Shown here: positions 28,871-41,360 of the stretch, piece after piece
How the letters are laid out: each line of letters opens with the position of its first letter
Numbering within the stretch: position 1 is the first letter of the stretch
Source of the DNA: the human T2T-CHM13v2.0 reference genome, Homo sapiens
Assembly (NCBI RefSeq): GCF_009914755.1
Contig: NC_060942.1
Length of the DNA stretch: 64,000 nucleotides
Strand: one strand, 5' to 3'
Made by a program: the position numbers and the translations under genes
Notes under the pieces: generated by a model
What the model was told of the DNA's origin: nothing
Database searches by the model: none
The model's input: only the letters and a program-made list of their open reading frames with translations

Positions 28871-29837
28871 CTAGCCCCTCTTTTAAGGTGCTACAGGCAG
28901 CTCCTTCTCTCAGGAAAAGCTTAGAAACCCACTAAATCAACACACACAATACGTTGTCTTAAAACAGCTTTCTAATCGTCGTTTTAATTATTTCTCACAT
29001 TGTTATTAAACCTTGTACAAAACTGTTTAATTAATGAGATTATAATCTCCCTGAGCAGAGTGACCAGGCCCCTTGCCTCTTCCATTCACAGAACCCCAAC
29101 CTCTGTCAATACATCATCATTTCACCCCAAAATAAAATACTCATTTGGTTTTATATTTTGCTTTATTGAATTGGAAACCTATATTTTTATTTATTCAATA
29201 GTTTAATTCAATACCTATTAGGTGCCAGACACTTAGAAAGATATCAGTCTATCAATTAACATAAAAGGAAATAATCAGTGAATGAATGAGGGGATATTTA
29301 GCAAACGCTAATCCTCTTTCATTTTCTCAGTCTCCCCTATCACAAAACACACACACTTCTAGGGGGATGGAAATATTCACTGAGAGCTGAAAGGGGGCAA
29401 AGCTCTGATAACAAGTGATTTCACAGGAAAGACCAACAAGCTTATCTCAATGAATATCTATGCAATTCTCATACCTACCTCACCCCAAAGAAAGAAGAAA
29501 GCCACTCTTTTTGCCCCTCCAATCTGATGACAGACACTTTCATATCCCCTGTATTCAATCAATGTTTTATCATATCAAACTACATTGTTTTTTCACTGTG
29601 TGGCAGGGAAATGCTGTAATCAGTTTTATAGAAGGCTCTCCCAGAATCAAGTAGCTGTAGGCAAGACTGGCTGGCAGCATGACTTAGACATTTACAGATG
29701 TGGATCTAGCTGTGAGGAAGAAAAAAGCAATTTAAAGAGACATTGTCAAATTTGAGAGGCATAGATATTTCATCTTTAGTTTAGTAATTAGTAGCTTGAA
29801 AAGTACCCAATTAGAAATATTTTCATAAACAACTTAA

Positions 29838-30140
<303 letters not shown>

Positions 30141-31219
30141 TGATAAAGCCAAGGAAAGCTAAAGTGCAATTAATAACTGCCTTCAAATAAAGATGTTTAT
30201 TGCTGGAAGAGTCCTTAGAGATCAAGCAATCCACACTCCCCACACCCGCCACCCCCACCACTCCACCTTATGATGAAGCTGAGGTTCCAAGAGACAAGAT
30301 TTACCAAAACTCAGGAACCTCCCTGACTACCACTTTATATGTTTCTCTGATTAGCTAAAATTTCAATGTCAGGGACCCTTAGAAACCTTAGACAGATCAT
30401 ATACTTTACAGCTGAGACAACTGGAACAACCAATAATCCTGGATCACACAGCCAGATCCCTTCTCTTATAGCTTTGTCTTTTCCTACGCCCTCTTCTTGC
30501 CTCCCAGAAGAGACGTTCCACAGGTGTCAACTAACTTAGGAAAAAAGCAGTCTATGTACACAAAGGATTTAGTTTGGATATAAAAACCCCTTTTTCCATG
30601 ATAAATATAGCTACAAGGAGTCTCTCCTTCTACACCCCTTCCTATTTTTCCTTAAAAGACTGAAATGGATGCAATGCCACATTTGTACTTTGGCAGATGC
30701 CTGTGATGTACAATTTATGAGAACTAAAAAAGCACCCGTGTGCCTTGAACTCTCCCTATCATTTGCCCATCATGGTGTTTAAAGTTCTCAGCATTAGAAA
30801 ATTATTCCCCAAACACTAAAACTTAAAGCATTGTATCTTCAGAATATTCCAGTAAAATGGCTACTTCTAGGAAGGCTAACACATGACTCAAACAGCAGTC
30901 ATTAATACATTAACATAGCGAGACACTGAGGGATTGAATGGGACACAGAGCCCATGCATGGAAGAGTAGATTCTGAAGCCATGGGTGCTGACTAGGGAGG
31001 GGAAGCATAAAGGTTGCTTAAAGGTGGATTCTAATTGAGCCAGATTACAATTTGAGAAGAGCAAGTAGCTGAATTTCTGAGGAAAATAAATAGATAAATG
31101 AAAGAAAGAAAGAATGACCTATTTCATAATTTGAGCTATGATTAACTTTGAATGATTCCTAAGAAAAGCATAGGCTAACATAAGCCTAATGACTCATCCA
31201 GCAAGAATTTATTGTACAC

Positions 31220-31584
31220 TGATATGGTTTGGCTCTGTGTCTTCACCCAAATCTCCTCTTGTAGCTCCCATAATTCCCAAATACTGTGGGAGGAACCTGG
31301 TGGGAGATGATTGAATCATGCAGGTGGTCTTTCCTGCACTGTTCCCATGATAGTGAGTGGGTCTCATGAGATCTGATGGTTTTAAAAACGGTAGTTTCTC
31401 TGCACAAGCTCTCCCTTTGCCTGCTGCCATCCACATGAGTTGTGACCTGCTCCTCCTTGCCTTCTGCCATGATTGTGAGGTCTCCCCAGCCATGTGGAAC
31501 TGTAGGTCCAATAAACCTTTTTCCTGTGTAAATTACCCAGTCTTGGGTATGTCTTTATCAGCAGCATGAAAACAAACTAATACA
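31220..31584 (+). mobile_element. THE1B-like MaLR solo LTR, inserted in an L2 tail
   Basis: tgatatggtttggctctgtgtc...aataaacc...aaactaataca; TSD tacac/cacac. Confidence 0.95.
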
Positions 31585-32234
31585 CACACCTACTCTGTGT
31601 TACATTCTGTAAGGGATACAGAAGATAATTTAGTGTGTTTCTTTTCTTAAGAAGATGGCAAAGGAGTAAAGAGATAAAATTAACAGAAACATAGCAACAG
31701 AAGAAATACAATGGCTATGGTTTAGAAGTATGGCCAATCAGCATTCACTGAACCCTAATATGATCAATGGTGTGCATTAGGTATGAAGGAAGCCATGATG
31801 CCCTCACAGCCTGAAAGGGAAAATGGCCTATGTACAGAAATAACCCTACTAGGACAGAAAATCAGGTCCAGCCTGGAAGTATAAGCAAAACCTAAGCCAT
31901 GAGGGTATGTGTTTGGGATGAGGAGAGAGTGGGTTATTATATCTACTGTAGAAAGTCTTCATTGTGAATGTGTCACTAAACCTGAACCTGAAGTAGACCT
32001 CAATAGTTGAAGATCAGGGATGGTGCATTATAGAAGGACACAGAGAAGATATATAATATATGTTTCTGGGACTGTAAGCAGTCCTACAGACTGGAGTAGA
32101 GAAGACGAGAACTCAGGAGGTAGTTCTTGTACAAGGTCTGCCCCATGGCCTTGGCAATCTTGACCTTTTTCCACTTTTAGGCATCAAGAAATTCCAGAAA
32201 ATCTTGAAGTGCTCTTAAACCCTTGGCCTATTTC

Positions 32235-32455
32235 TCTAAAGTGGTAGAGTGAATTAGATCCAAATTCAAGGCCTGGCTTCATACTTTAACATGAGAATAA
32301 CTTGGAAAAATCATGTAACTTCCCTTAGCTTGTTTTCTCACCCATAAACTGGGAGAATTTTTACTACTGACTTATTAAGGTTATGAGAGCCAAATAAGAT
32401 AAAGCTAAAAAAAAATCCTACACAAAGCTTCACAAATATTAATTATCATCATTAT
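32235..32455 (+). mobile_element. MIR SINE
   Basis: gagtgaattagatccaaattcaag...aaatcatgtaacttcc...tttctcacccataaactggg. Confidence 0.65.
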
Positions 32456-32621
32456 TGTGTAAATGTGGCCAGCATACCTGGTGGAAGCCATCCAATGCCA
32501 GTGCATGACATAGAATTAAATTTGTCTGTCCTGAAAAGAACTTATATTCTGGGAAAGTAAAGATCTACCTAAAATTGAAAATCAAGACCTAGTATATATG
32601 TGATATGCATCTGGCTCCTAG

Positions 32622-32966
<345 letters not shown>

Positions 32967-33305
32967 TAAGTAGTCGATAAGTTAGTGCATAGGTTGGGAG
33001 CTCACTTAACCCTTCTAGAAGTCAGAATTCAACAATGTTTAGATACAGAAAATGCTGTGACTGCTTTCAGAAAACACAACTATGGAATATTTTTCTATAC
33101 ATCTGATTGGTTAGAACCCCCTCATATGTCATAATACTAATAAGATTGCATGTTTTTTGATAGAAACAACATATCTTCTAATTACAGCATAAATACAATG
33201 TACAATGCATTATATTTTCCTTTATGCATGCTTCAGGGACATTACCTGTGGCTCTGAAATGTTTTAGAAGACCTTAAGGCTAGTCAACAACCACTCTGGA
33301 TAAGT

Positions 33306-33327
33306 AAAAAAAAAAAAAAAAAAAAAA
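33306..33327. repeat. Poly-A run (A22)
   Basis: Directly visible. Confidence 0.9.
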
Positions 33328-33508
33328 GATTGGTAATAACTGAGGCAATTTCAAGATTATCATAAGGATATCCCACAAAATCAAGCTAACAATATATTTA
33401 GTTTTGATGTAAATTTCTCCTGTTGCCTTAATTAACCCCATCTCAATTCTTTCTAATGAATACTATTCTCTGTCTGCTTCCCATACATCTTTAGAACCAA
33501 GGAGAGAC

Positions 33509-33770
33509 CAGTGCCACAGTCAAGGCAGTTTTTCTAGTCAATTACACAGGATCCTCCTCTAAGAAAGAGCTTATACTTAGTTTAATGTTCTTCTTACTAT
33601 TAATGTTATCTTTGAACTTGTGTTTTATAAGTAAGTCTGAGGGCATAACAGAATATGTGTGTGAGCAAACAAATTTTAAATAAAGAAAGAAAAAGTCTTT
33701 ATAGTTTAGTACCTTTCAGCAGTACATTTTGGCCTGCACCTGCCAATGACTATATTTGCAGAACAGCTCT
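33509..33770 (+). mobile_element. MER45B-like hAT-Tip100 relic, internally deleted
   Basis: ttatctttgaacttgtgttttataagt and aaaaagtctttatagtttagtacctt match the recalled MER45 consensus. Confidence 0.65.
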
Positions 33771-33961
33771 TAAACAGAATACATGGACAATATGGCTGAT
33801 ATTGCAGGGGCCATTTTTTTCAACCCCCATTGGATCTTCTTCTTAAGGCCCTAGTATGCCTCCAGCCCATTCTATTGGAGTAGTGACAATTTCTCACACT
33901 GTAACCCAAGTTGCATCTTCTTTTAACCACAAAGCTATGCTACAATCTAAAAAATATATTA

Positions 33962-34260
<299 letters not shown>

Positions 34261-35602
34261 TATATTAGAATGCTGATATATGTTAATTTTTATTAGTCTT
34301 TTGAGTTGTAGGAATGGTGTTAACTTTCTATTTCAGCCTAGGATGAAGAAATATCCCCTATCAAAATCAATCCAGCCCTGTTTTCTTGAAAATAAAAGCC
34401 AAAGAAATATTAAGTAACTTGTTCAGAAATTCAAAGTAAAAATAAGAGTTAAGATTAAAATTCCAAAATGTCAAATTGGCTTCTGTTTTGGCTTTTGCAT
34501 ATCTAACTCTGCATCAGGACTGTATTTGGATTTCTCTTTCATTTTCAATACTTTAGTACATTCTGATTTGTTTTACATGGGTGCAGGGACACACATACAC
34601 ATACACACACCTAAATGTCAAGAAACACGTGTTAAATTCATAGTCTATAGATATTGATGTTCTATTTAGAAGGAAGTCAGACAATATATAAAAGCTTCAG
34701 GGAAAAGTTTCCTTGCATAACAAAAGAGCTGATGCATCAAGTTATGGTTTGTTAATGGCATTCAATTAACACATAACTGTTGTTAGTTGATTAAAAATTA
34801 ACTGTGAATAACTGTTTAACATTTAGCACTTACAAATGTTACTTGATTTGTTAAAATTGTAGAGCAAAGGAGTCTGGGGGGAAGCTAAAAATATTTGGTT
34901 AGGTTTTTAATGGAAATTTTAGACACATTGTAAAATAGTTCTTCCTCGTAAATATACATTTGTAAATCAATCTTCATGTTTTAACCACTTGTGAAGAATT
35001 TTGCAGACTTCCTGTTTTAAAAGCACTTGAGAAATAAATATCTGCCAGGGAGAGAAATCCCATCAGTTTTCTTGCTGTTCCTATACAGATGGCAGACCAT
35101 ACTGTGAAATTTGCTGTTCTTCGATTGCTCCATTCTGCACACGCCCCAAGGAATCTCAGAATTGTAGAAACTAGAGATGTAATAGACTAAATAGGTCATC
35201 TATTTCAATAGAAATTTTACCAGATTTATACAAGACTCTTGAATTTACAATACAACTCACTTCCAAGGGGGTCCAAATGCTGAAGAGAAAATTGGCTTTT
35301 TTTCCCCAGCCATCCTAGAGTCATATATTATGTTCTGCTATTAATCATGTTCTTCTCTTGGTGAAGATAATACATCATAAGAATGTGCACACAGAATTTC
35401 TTTTCCAACAAAAGGATACGATTTGTAGTGATCCATTTCCAGGCTCTCATTAGCACCCCCACCTTCGACCCCAGACCAATGGCTGTATTTGTAAGACAGC
35501 TGTCTGAGGTCTGAGGAGTAACCCATGGCCCTGGAAGAATGTGCAAGTAGGTGGCCCTTGTGAGGGTAATATTCAACAGTTTGGTCTCTTTAAACCTATC
35601 CT

Positions 35603-35926
35603 GACTGGGTGCAGTGGCTCACACATGCAATCCCAACACCCTGAGAAGCTAAGGAGAGAGGATTGCTTGAGGTCAGGAGATTGAGACTAGCCTGGGCAAC
35701 ATAATGAGACCCTGTCTCTATAAATTTCTTTTTTCAAAAAAAATTTTTGTGTGTGTGTGATTTGGTGTGGTGTGGTGTAAACCTGCAATCCTAGCTACCC
35801 TAGAGGCTGAGGCAGGAGGATCATTTCAGCCCAGGAGTTCAAGGTTGCAGTGAGCTATTATTGCACCTCTGCACTCCAGCCTGGGAGACAGAGTAAGACT
35901 CGGTCTTTTTAAAAAACAAAACAAAA
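35603..35926 (+). mobile_element. AluJo-like with a rearranged T/TG-rich middle linker
   Basis: cccaggagttcaaggttgcagtgagctat; flanks cctatcct / catatcct. Confidence 0.9.
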
Positions 35927-36139
35927 TCATATCCTAACCAACCAAAATAACCACCTGCAGATATGTTACATGATTACTCTGAAATCATTTCAGTATATTT
36001 TTGAACACCAACATGTGTAAGGGATAGTCAAAGCAACAAAGGAATTTGAGTCCCAAACCTTAAAGTTCTGCATTCTTGAATAGAGGGAAAACCATTCAAT
36101 ACATCAGAACTTTATACTACTAGGTATTATAAATGTTAT

Positions 36140-36605
36140 TTGTGTTTGCCTACCTTTCTCATTCTTTTGTTCCTGCAGGGAACAGTCTCTGTGATTCAGA
36201 GGGCACTGACTCCCCAGTAGCTCATATTCTTGGCCACAATAATTGGTGCAGAAATGATCAATGAACTAAGTTTGGCAAATTAGGGTTTTCCCCAGGACTT
36301 CTATGCTAGAGGTCTCTCAGAAGATTCCTCATTCTCATCAAGAAGTGCTAAACTAGGAAAATGAGGGCCAGAGGCTGCCAGTGGCAACTTGCCCAACACA
36401 CAGAGAGAGCCTGTCTCAGAAAGAAACCAGGGTGAGAGAGGTAGAGAGATGACAAACCCCAACAATATCACTGAACAACTAAGATCAGCTGCCCCTGAGG
36501 CTACATCCACATTTTACATTTCTCTGGTCTAGGACTTCCCCCACACAATTTATAGTTTGAGGTGGGTTTCTATCACTTATAACTGAAAGAGAACTAATTA
36601 ATACA
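36140..36605 (+). mobile_element. Old MLT1 (J/K/L-like) MaLR LTR inside an L2
   Basis: 3' end gtgggtttctatcacttataactgaaagagaactaattaataca. Confidence 0.7.
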
Positions 36606-37060
36606 TAGAGACACCTGCCAAGTGCGATATACAGATAATGAAAGTCAGGAGAATTCAGGATAGGAGTTCAAGGGAAGACTTTCCAGAAAAGATGGAAATT
36701 TGATCTATGCTTTAAAGAATTTAGGAAGATAGAAAGGAAAATGAGGGCATTCCAGGTAAGATGATATATAAGAGTATAAGCCAGTTTCAAGGGGTAGAGA
36801 CGATCAATTTTGGGTGAAGTGGTGGCTACCTATAGGATAAGAATTAGAAAGTTAGGCAGAATAATAAGAATAGTCTTAATAAATGTGGAATGTAATTGAT
36901 AATCTAAAATAGATACAATGTTTGTTAATAAGAATAAAGCTCTGAACAAACATCATTTTCATCATCATTACACACAATCACAAATCAGTTTCACTCATAA
37001 AAGCTTCATTATAGACTCTCTGTTCACCTAGAGAGGATCCTGGACTGGACACAAGCACAG

Positions 37061-37193
37061 GACATAATCCTGTTATGTAGATGAGTCAGGGTGCACCGGG
37101 GTACCAGCATTCCACATGCACCCTGACTCATCTACAGACTTCAGCATCCAGGGCCATCCACCCATCATTTTTCATGATGACATAATCCTGTTA
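37061..37193. repeat. 15-bp direct repeat enclosing a perfect 20-bp inverted repeat
   Basis: gacataatcctgtta at 37061-37075 and 37179-37193; tgtagatgagtcagggtgca (37076-37095) is the exact reverse complement of 37117-37136. Confidence 0.97.
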
Positions 37194-39039
37194 GGAAGAC
37201 CAGTAGAATCGACTCTATGTATAGATCGCTATTTTTCTCCTTTCCTGGTCTCTTATCAATGAGAAATTACTGAATTAGATACTCTTTTTTCTCCCTCACA
37301 CCATCCTGAGCTTTTGTTTGTCTACTTCTTACATCCCATACCCTAACTTTGTCTTGGCCAAGTGTGCTTTTGCATGCATGATACAGAAGCGAAAACCTTG
37401 CAGTGTTTTTTTGAGCTGTATCTGAAAAGTTCTTTTGTACTCATGTACAGGATGGAAAACATATATCAAATGTCAAGGGAATTGTCTAATAACACTGATT
37501 TTTGGGGATTAGTGGTAAGGAGTTTGCAGTAATTTATGAAGACAAATTTTGTAAGCAATATTATCAGGAATATATTTAGATATATTTAAATGTGGATTTG
37601 GATAGCGGTATGAATTTAGATATGTAAATATCTAGGTATAGGTAGAGATAGAGGATGCCAACCATCTGAGATCACCAAGGCCATTTATACTGTTTTGTTT
37701 GGATGTCTCCCTTTCCAGTAACTCCTGGTCAAACTGTGCTCCTTTCAGTTCTATAAGAACTGCTAAATTACCTGTAGCTTTTATTTAGTGAGACACCTCA
37801 TGGAAGTGGAGCATTTTCTGTATGTTAGCAACAATTTGTGAAAATACCACAAAAATCGAATCATTTGAGCCACCTTCTAAATGCTAGTTAAGGAAGGGCA
37901 AAAATTCGACTATGACTGACTAAGAGAAAAATGTTAAGTAAAGCCTCTATGTCATTTTCCTCTATTTATTTGGAGTTTATACATAAATATCTCATAGCCA
38001 GAGAGAAATGAGCATTCAGTGAGGGTAGAGATTAAGATGAGGAAAGGAAGCCAGTCTTATAACTTCTAAATAGTTGAACGTTAATTATTTAATTGACAAA
38101 CATTAAGTACCTAGTATGTTCTAGGCATCAAATTATCTGAATCACAATGACATACGTCCTTGTGTGCCTGAGTTCTAGACTATGAGCTTGCTGAACAGGG
38201 ACTGCAGCTTTCCTTTTCTGTATCATAGAATCAAAACCAATGGCAGATATGTGATAGATGCTTAGTATTTGTTCAACAGATTAATGTTATGATGATTAAA
38301 TTGAATAACGCATGCAAGTCATAGAATAAGTATTCCATCAATGTTACTGTGTTTATTACCATGATGTTTAAAAACCATGTAGATGAAGAAAAACCTGCAA
38401 AGATTGAGAAGGAAGAAAAAGTTAAGAATGGAATCTGATATTTGCAATATATAAGTCCAGTGGTACCACATGAGCCATACCTTCTGCCCATAATATTTTT
38501 CCTCTTCTGAATGCCCTCATAACCCCTTTTGACTGATTGATTTCTACTTGTCCACCAATAGTCAGCTGCAGTTCCAGAAACCATCAGCCTGGGTTACATG
38601 TTCTTTCTTTTAGTGGTGCCAGGTTCCACACTCACCACCCCACACTTAATATTCATAGTCTCTGGAAACCACCAGAGTTGAGAAGATGAAGCAGGAGTCC
38701 AATGAATTGAGCATTACTTAGATTCTCTGCTGACTTCATTTATTTAGTCAGTCAATATTTATCGAGCATATACTATGTGATGAACACCAACTTCTAGGGA
38801 GTAATTAATATCACATCTCAAAGCCAGCCCCAAAAGTAGGCTTTTTAAAAAGTTATAATGAACTAAGCTTACCTTCACATGGAAATATATTTTGCAAGTC
38901 ACTCAAGACTATAACTGCTCAAGCTCATTAACATCAGTGAAGCTTTATAAGGACATTGATAAAATCTGGCCATTTTTCCTCAGGCATATTCAATAAGGTT
39001 AAACACTTCTCAGAGATCATGTAAGATAAGGTCTAAAAG

Positions 39040-40260
39040 GTATGCTAGATTGAGTTGCAGATACCCTTCATACTCTCTGCCAGGAGAGTGGAAGTGTAGA
39101 GTGGGGATGGAAAGCGGAAGGCAGTGAATTGGAGCCTGAGTGTGTAAGCTCAAGAAGTTTGGCTCTTCTCCAAAGAGAGAAAGAAAAGACCATTTCTACA
39201 GAGAGGTGTGGAGTGCAGAGAGGTTGTTTTGAGGATTTTTTTGTTTTTTAAGATAGAAGAGGCTTAAACATATTGATAGAATAAAGAAAAACAACCAATA
39301 AAGAGGAAGAAGTCAAAAATGAGGAGAAAGGCTGAAAATGACAATGTCATAGGGGAGAGGTCAGGGGGATGGATCGTAAGAGGCTCTGGAGAGATTCTTC
39401 ATCTGTTCCCCAGGAAAGGAGAATAGACTGCATAAAGGCATAAATTTCTCAGAAAGTAAAACTTTAGATCATCTGCTATAAGAGGGCTAGATTTGGGGCT
39501 GGGGTTTTGTGGAAATGAAAGTGGTTCTTCGCTGGAGAGCAGAGATTTGTGGAGGCAGAGACTAGACCTTACCTGACAGAGATGAGAACCATGGAGATAA
39601 GTAGGCTAACAAATAAGGTGAAACGATGCTAAATAGCAGCCTGGAATAAAATGAGAGAATCTGGAAGTCCACTATGCTAAGAAAGATAGAAGAAGGGTCA
39701 AAGGCCACAGAGCCAGTTTCAGATGTTAGTTGATTAAAAGAAACACACCAAAAAAACAGAGTGTGATCTTGAAATTATAAGCTTGAATTAGAAGAACAAA
39801 TATTACTTTAAGTTTTAAGGCTGGTACAGGTACAGGAAGGTCAAATATATTTTGTCTCATGAAGTGCTGTGTTGACAAGGATTCTAAGAATCCATCTAGG
39901 CTTAATGGAAAAGAGTGTCATCATCGATGAGTGATATCTGCACTGAGGTAGTAAGAGTAGAAACATATGGCATGTTTTTGCCACTTCTTACTTAGGCTGT
40001 CAATGTGAATACTGAGGTCACCTAGGACCTTAGAGAGATTAAAATGGGAAGGCAGTAATCATAATCCTAAATAAAAAAGGGTGGTGAGGAGTAGCCACCA
40101 GTTGCAAAACCTAAAATAAGAGGGATTTTTTCATAATAATGGAAGAATAAGATCTGGAAGCAACAATAGGGAATTTAAAAAATGCTTACAAAATATCAGA
40201 AGACAAGCCTCTCTGTTAGCACAAGGGCAACTTTAGCAGGAAGCCAGGTTTGCATTAAGA
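39040..40260 (-). mobile_element. Long degraded L2 fragment
   Basis: Purine-rich antisense L2-like text (aagaagtttggct...gagaggttgtttt...tactgaggtcacctagg); boundaries approximate. Confidence 0.5.
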
Positions 40261-40377
40261 ACTTTGTTAGAAACAGAGTCCCAGTTTAACCATGCAGTTG
40301 TTCTCTGTAATATACCCTCTTTGGGCTTGCCACGGAGAAAACCTGGTTGAGCTGGGTGCATACATCATTTAGGTATA

Positions 40378-40794
40378 TATGTTAGGCCATTCTTGTATTG
40401 TTATAAAGGAACACTTGAGACTGGGTTATAGATAAAGAAAAGACATTTAATTGGCTCACAGTTCTGTAGGCTTTACAGGAAGCATGGCACCAGCATCTGC
40501 TCAGTTTCTGGGGAGGCCTCAAGTAGCTTTTACTCATGGCAGAAGGTGAAGTGAGAGCAGATACATCACATGGAGAGGGTGGGAGCAAGAGAGAGAGGGA
40601 GGGAGGATGCCACACACTTTTAAACAACCAGATCTCATGATAACTCACTCATTTTCTCAAAGACAGCACTAAAGGGAAGGTGCTAAGCCATTCATGAGAG
40701 TTCCTCTCCCATAATCCTACCAGGCTCCACCTCCAACATTGGAGACTACATTTCAACATGAGATTTGGTGGGGACAAATATCCAAATCGTATCC
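40378..40794 (-). mobile_element. MSTB MaLR solo LTR
   Basis: ttaggccattcttg...tacaggaagcatggcaccagcatctgctc...ggggacaaatatccaaa; perfect 5-bp TSD gtata. Confidence 0.93.
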
Positions 40795-40889
40795 GTATAC
40801 CTGAGCATTGAATGGGATCTTACACAGGTAAGTGGATAAAAACAATCTGTGACCCCATTCTGAAAATGGCACTCTCTGATTCCAAACTT

Positions 40890-41360
40890 CCATTGAAAGG
40901 CTATATTCCTTAACTTGGCTTCAACCAAGTTTCTTGTTTTCTCCACAACTCCCCTATCTAATTTTCTGTCCTAATCAGGCTGGTATGGTCACCACCAATA
41001 CCTGTTGCCATCTTTTCAGCCTCGCGCCCCTCTTTCTGCATCATTCCAAAGTCAGATGCCCTCTTTGTTCCTTTCCGGCTATTAAAATCTTTCATGTCCT
41101 TCCAAGCTCAGCCCATTATCCACTCATTTCATGAAGTCTTCCTCTGACGTGAGAGAATTACAACTTTTTTTTTATTCTCCTCTGTCACCATTTGTACCCA
41201 CTTGTACTTCCAGTTGTGATTATTTTTCTATCACCAACTCTGTTAGAGCCTTGTGTGCAAGAACAATTTATATCTCCTACTTCTTTTCAGCCCCCATAGT
41301 ACCTGACGTACACTAGATACTTAGTAAATAACTGATGGATGAATGCATGAATGAATCAAA
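40890..41360 (+). mobile_element. L2 3' end
   Basis: cccatagtacctgacgtacactagatacttagtaaataactgatggatgaatgcatgaatgaat. Confidence 0.7.
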
